NCBI RefSeq assembly: GCF_052425735.1
Contig: NC_135761.1
Span: 38,688,001 to 38,752,000, forward strand
Length of the DNA: 64,000 nt
Source of the DNA: Oculina patagonica
Lineage: Eukaryota
Direction of reading: 5' to 3'
Translations under genes and position numbers: made by a program
The notes under the pieces: model-generated
Database searches by the model: none
What the model saw: the letters and a program-made list of their open reading frames with translations, nothing else
Told to the model about the DNA's origin: nothing
Part shown: piece by piece, positions 63,761 through 64,000 of the stretch
Numbering within the stretch: position 1 is the first letter of the stretch
How the letters are laid out: each line of letters begins with the position of its first letter

Positions 63761-64000
63761 ACTACTTGCAAGCACAAATAAGAAACAATGCATACAAACA
63801 CTAAAGCATGTAACCAAAAAATACAGCAGAATAAAAAGTAAGTTATCCTAATAACAATGGTACTGGAGCCGAAAAAGGACAATCCAAATATAATTTTCAA
63901 ATCTGAAAAAAAAAATTAAATCGCAATATATTTTGCAAATCCTTGTTGGAGAGTTTGTCAAGTCTAAAAACACTTATGAAAATCCAAAGAAAATTATTGG

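Overview
Eukaryotic, AT-rich, intron-containing DNA, most likely from an invertebrate; the TE families and SINE resemble those of anthozoans or stony corals, which is inference only. I found no ordinary host gene, rRNA, tRNA or CRISPR array. The window is a dense mosaic of nested, mostly decayed transposon fragments: MULE, Kolobok, ISL2EU/Harbinger, CACTA, KDZ, Academ-H, Ginger, Sola, pogo, Polinton, Penelope-like, DIRS/Ngaro, BEL, LINEs and a SINE. Family calls come from motif recognition without database searches. Highlights: (1) A complete, apparently intact piggyBac (12217-15631) has TTAA duplications, 12-bp TIRs and a 592-aa DDD transposase. It sits in a THAP-DDE element whose frame is restored when the piggyBac is removed. 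(2) An IS3EU-like element carries a HECT E3 ubiquitin-ligase ORF that is still open while its transposase is broken. (3) A minimal hammerhead ribozyme lies on the minus strand at 17822-17855. (4) A Kolobok end and a piggyBac MITE share one TTAA. (5) About 30 of about 37 orientable TE fragments lie on the minus strand, the architecture expected of a uni-strand (flamenco-like) piRNA cluster read from the plus strand; this is a hypothesis. The 4.7-kb near-identical duplication flanking the 500-N gap is probably an assembly artifact.
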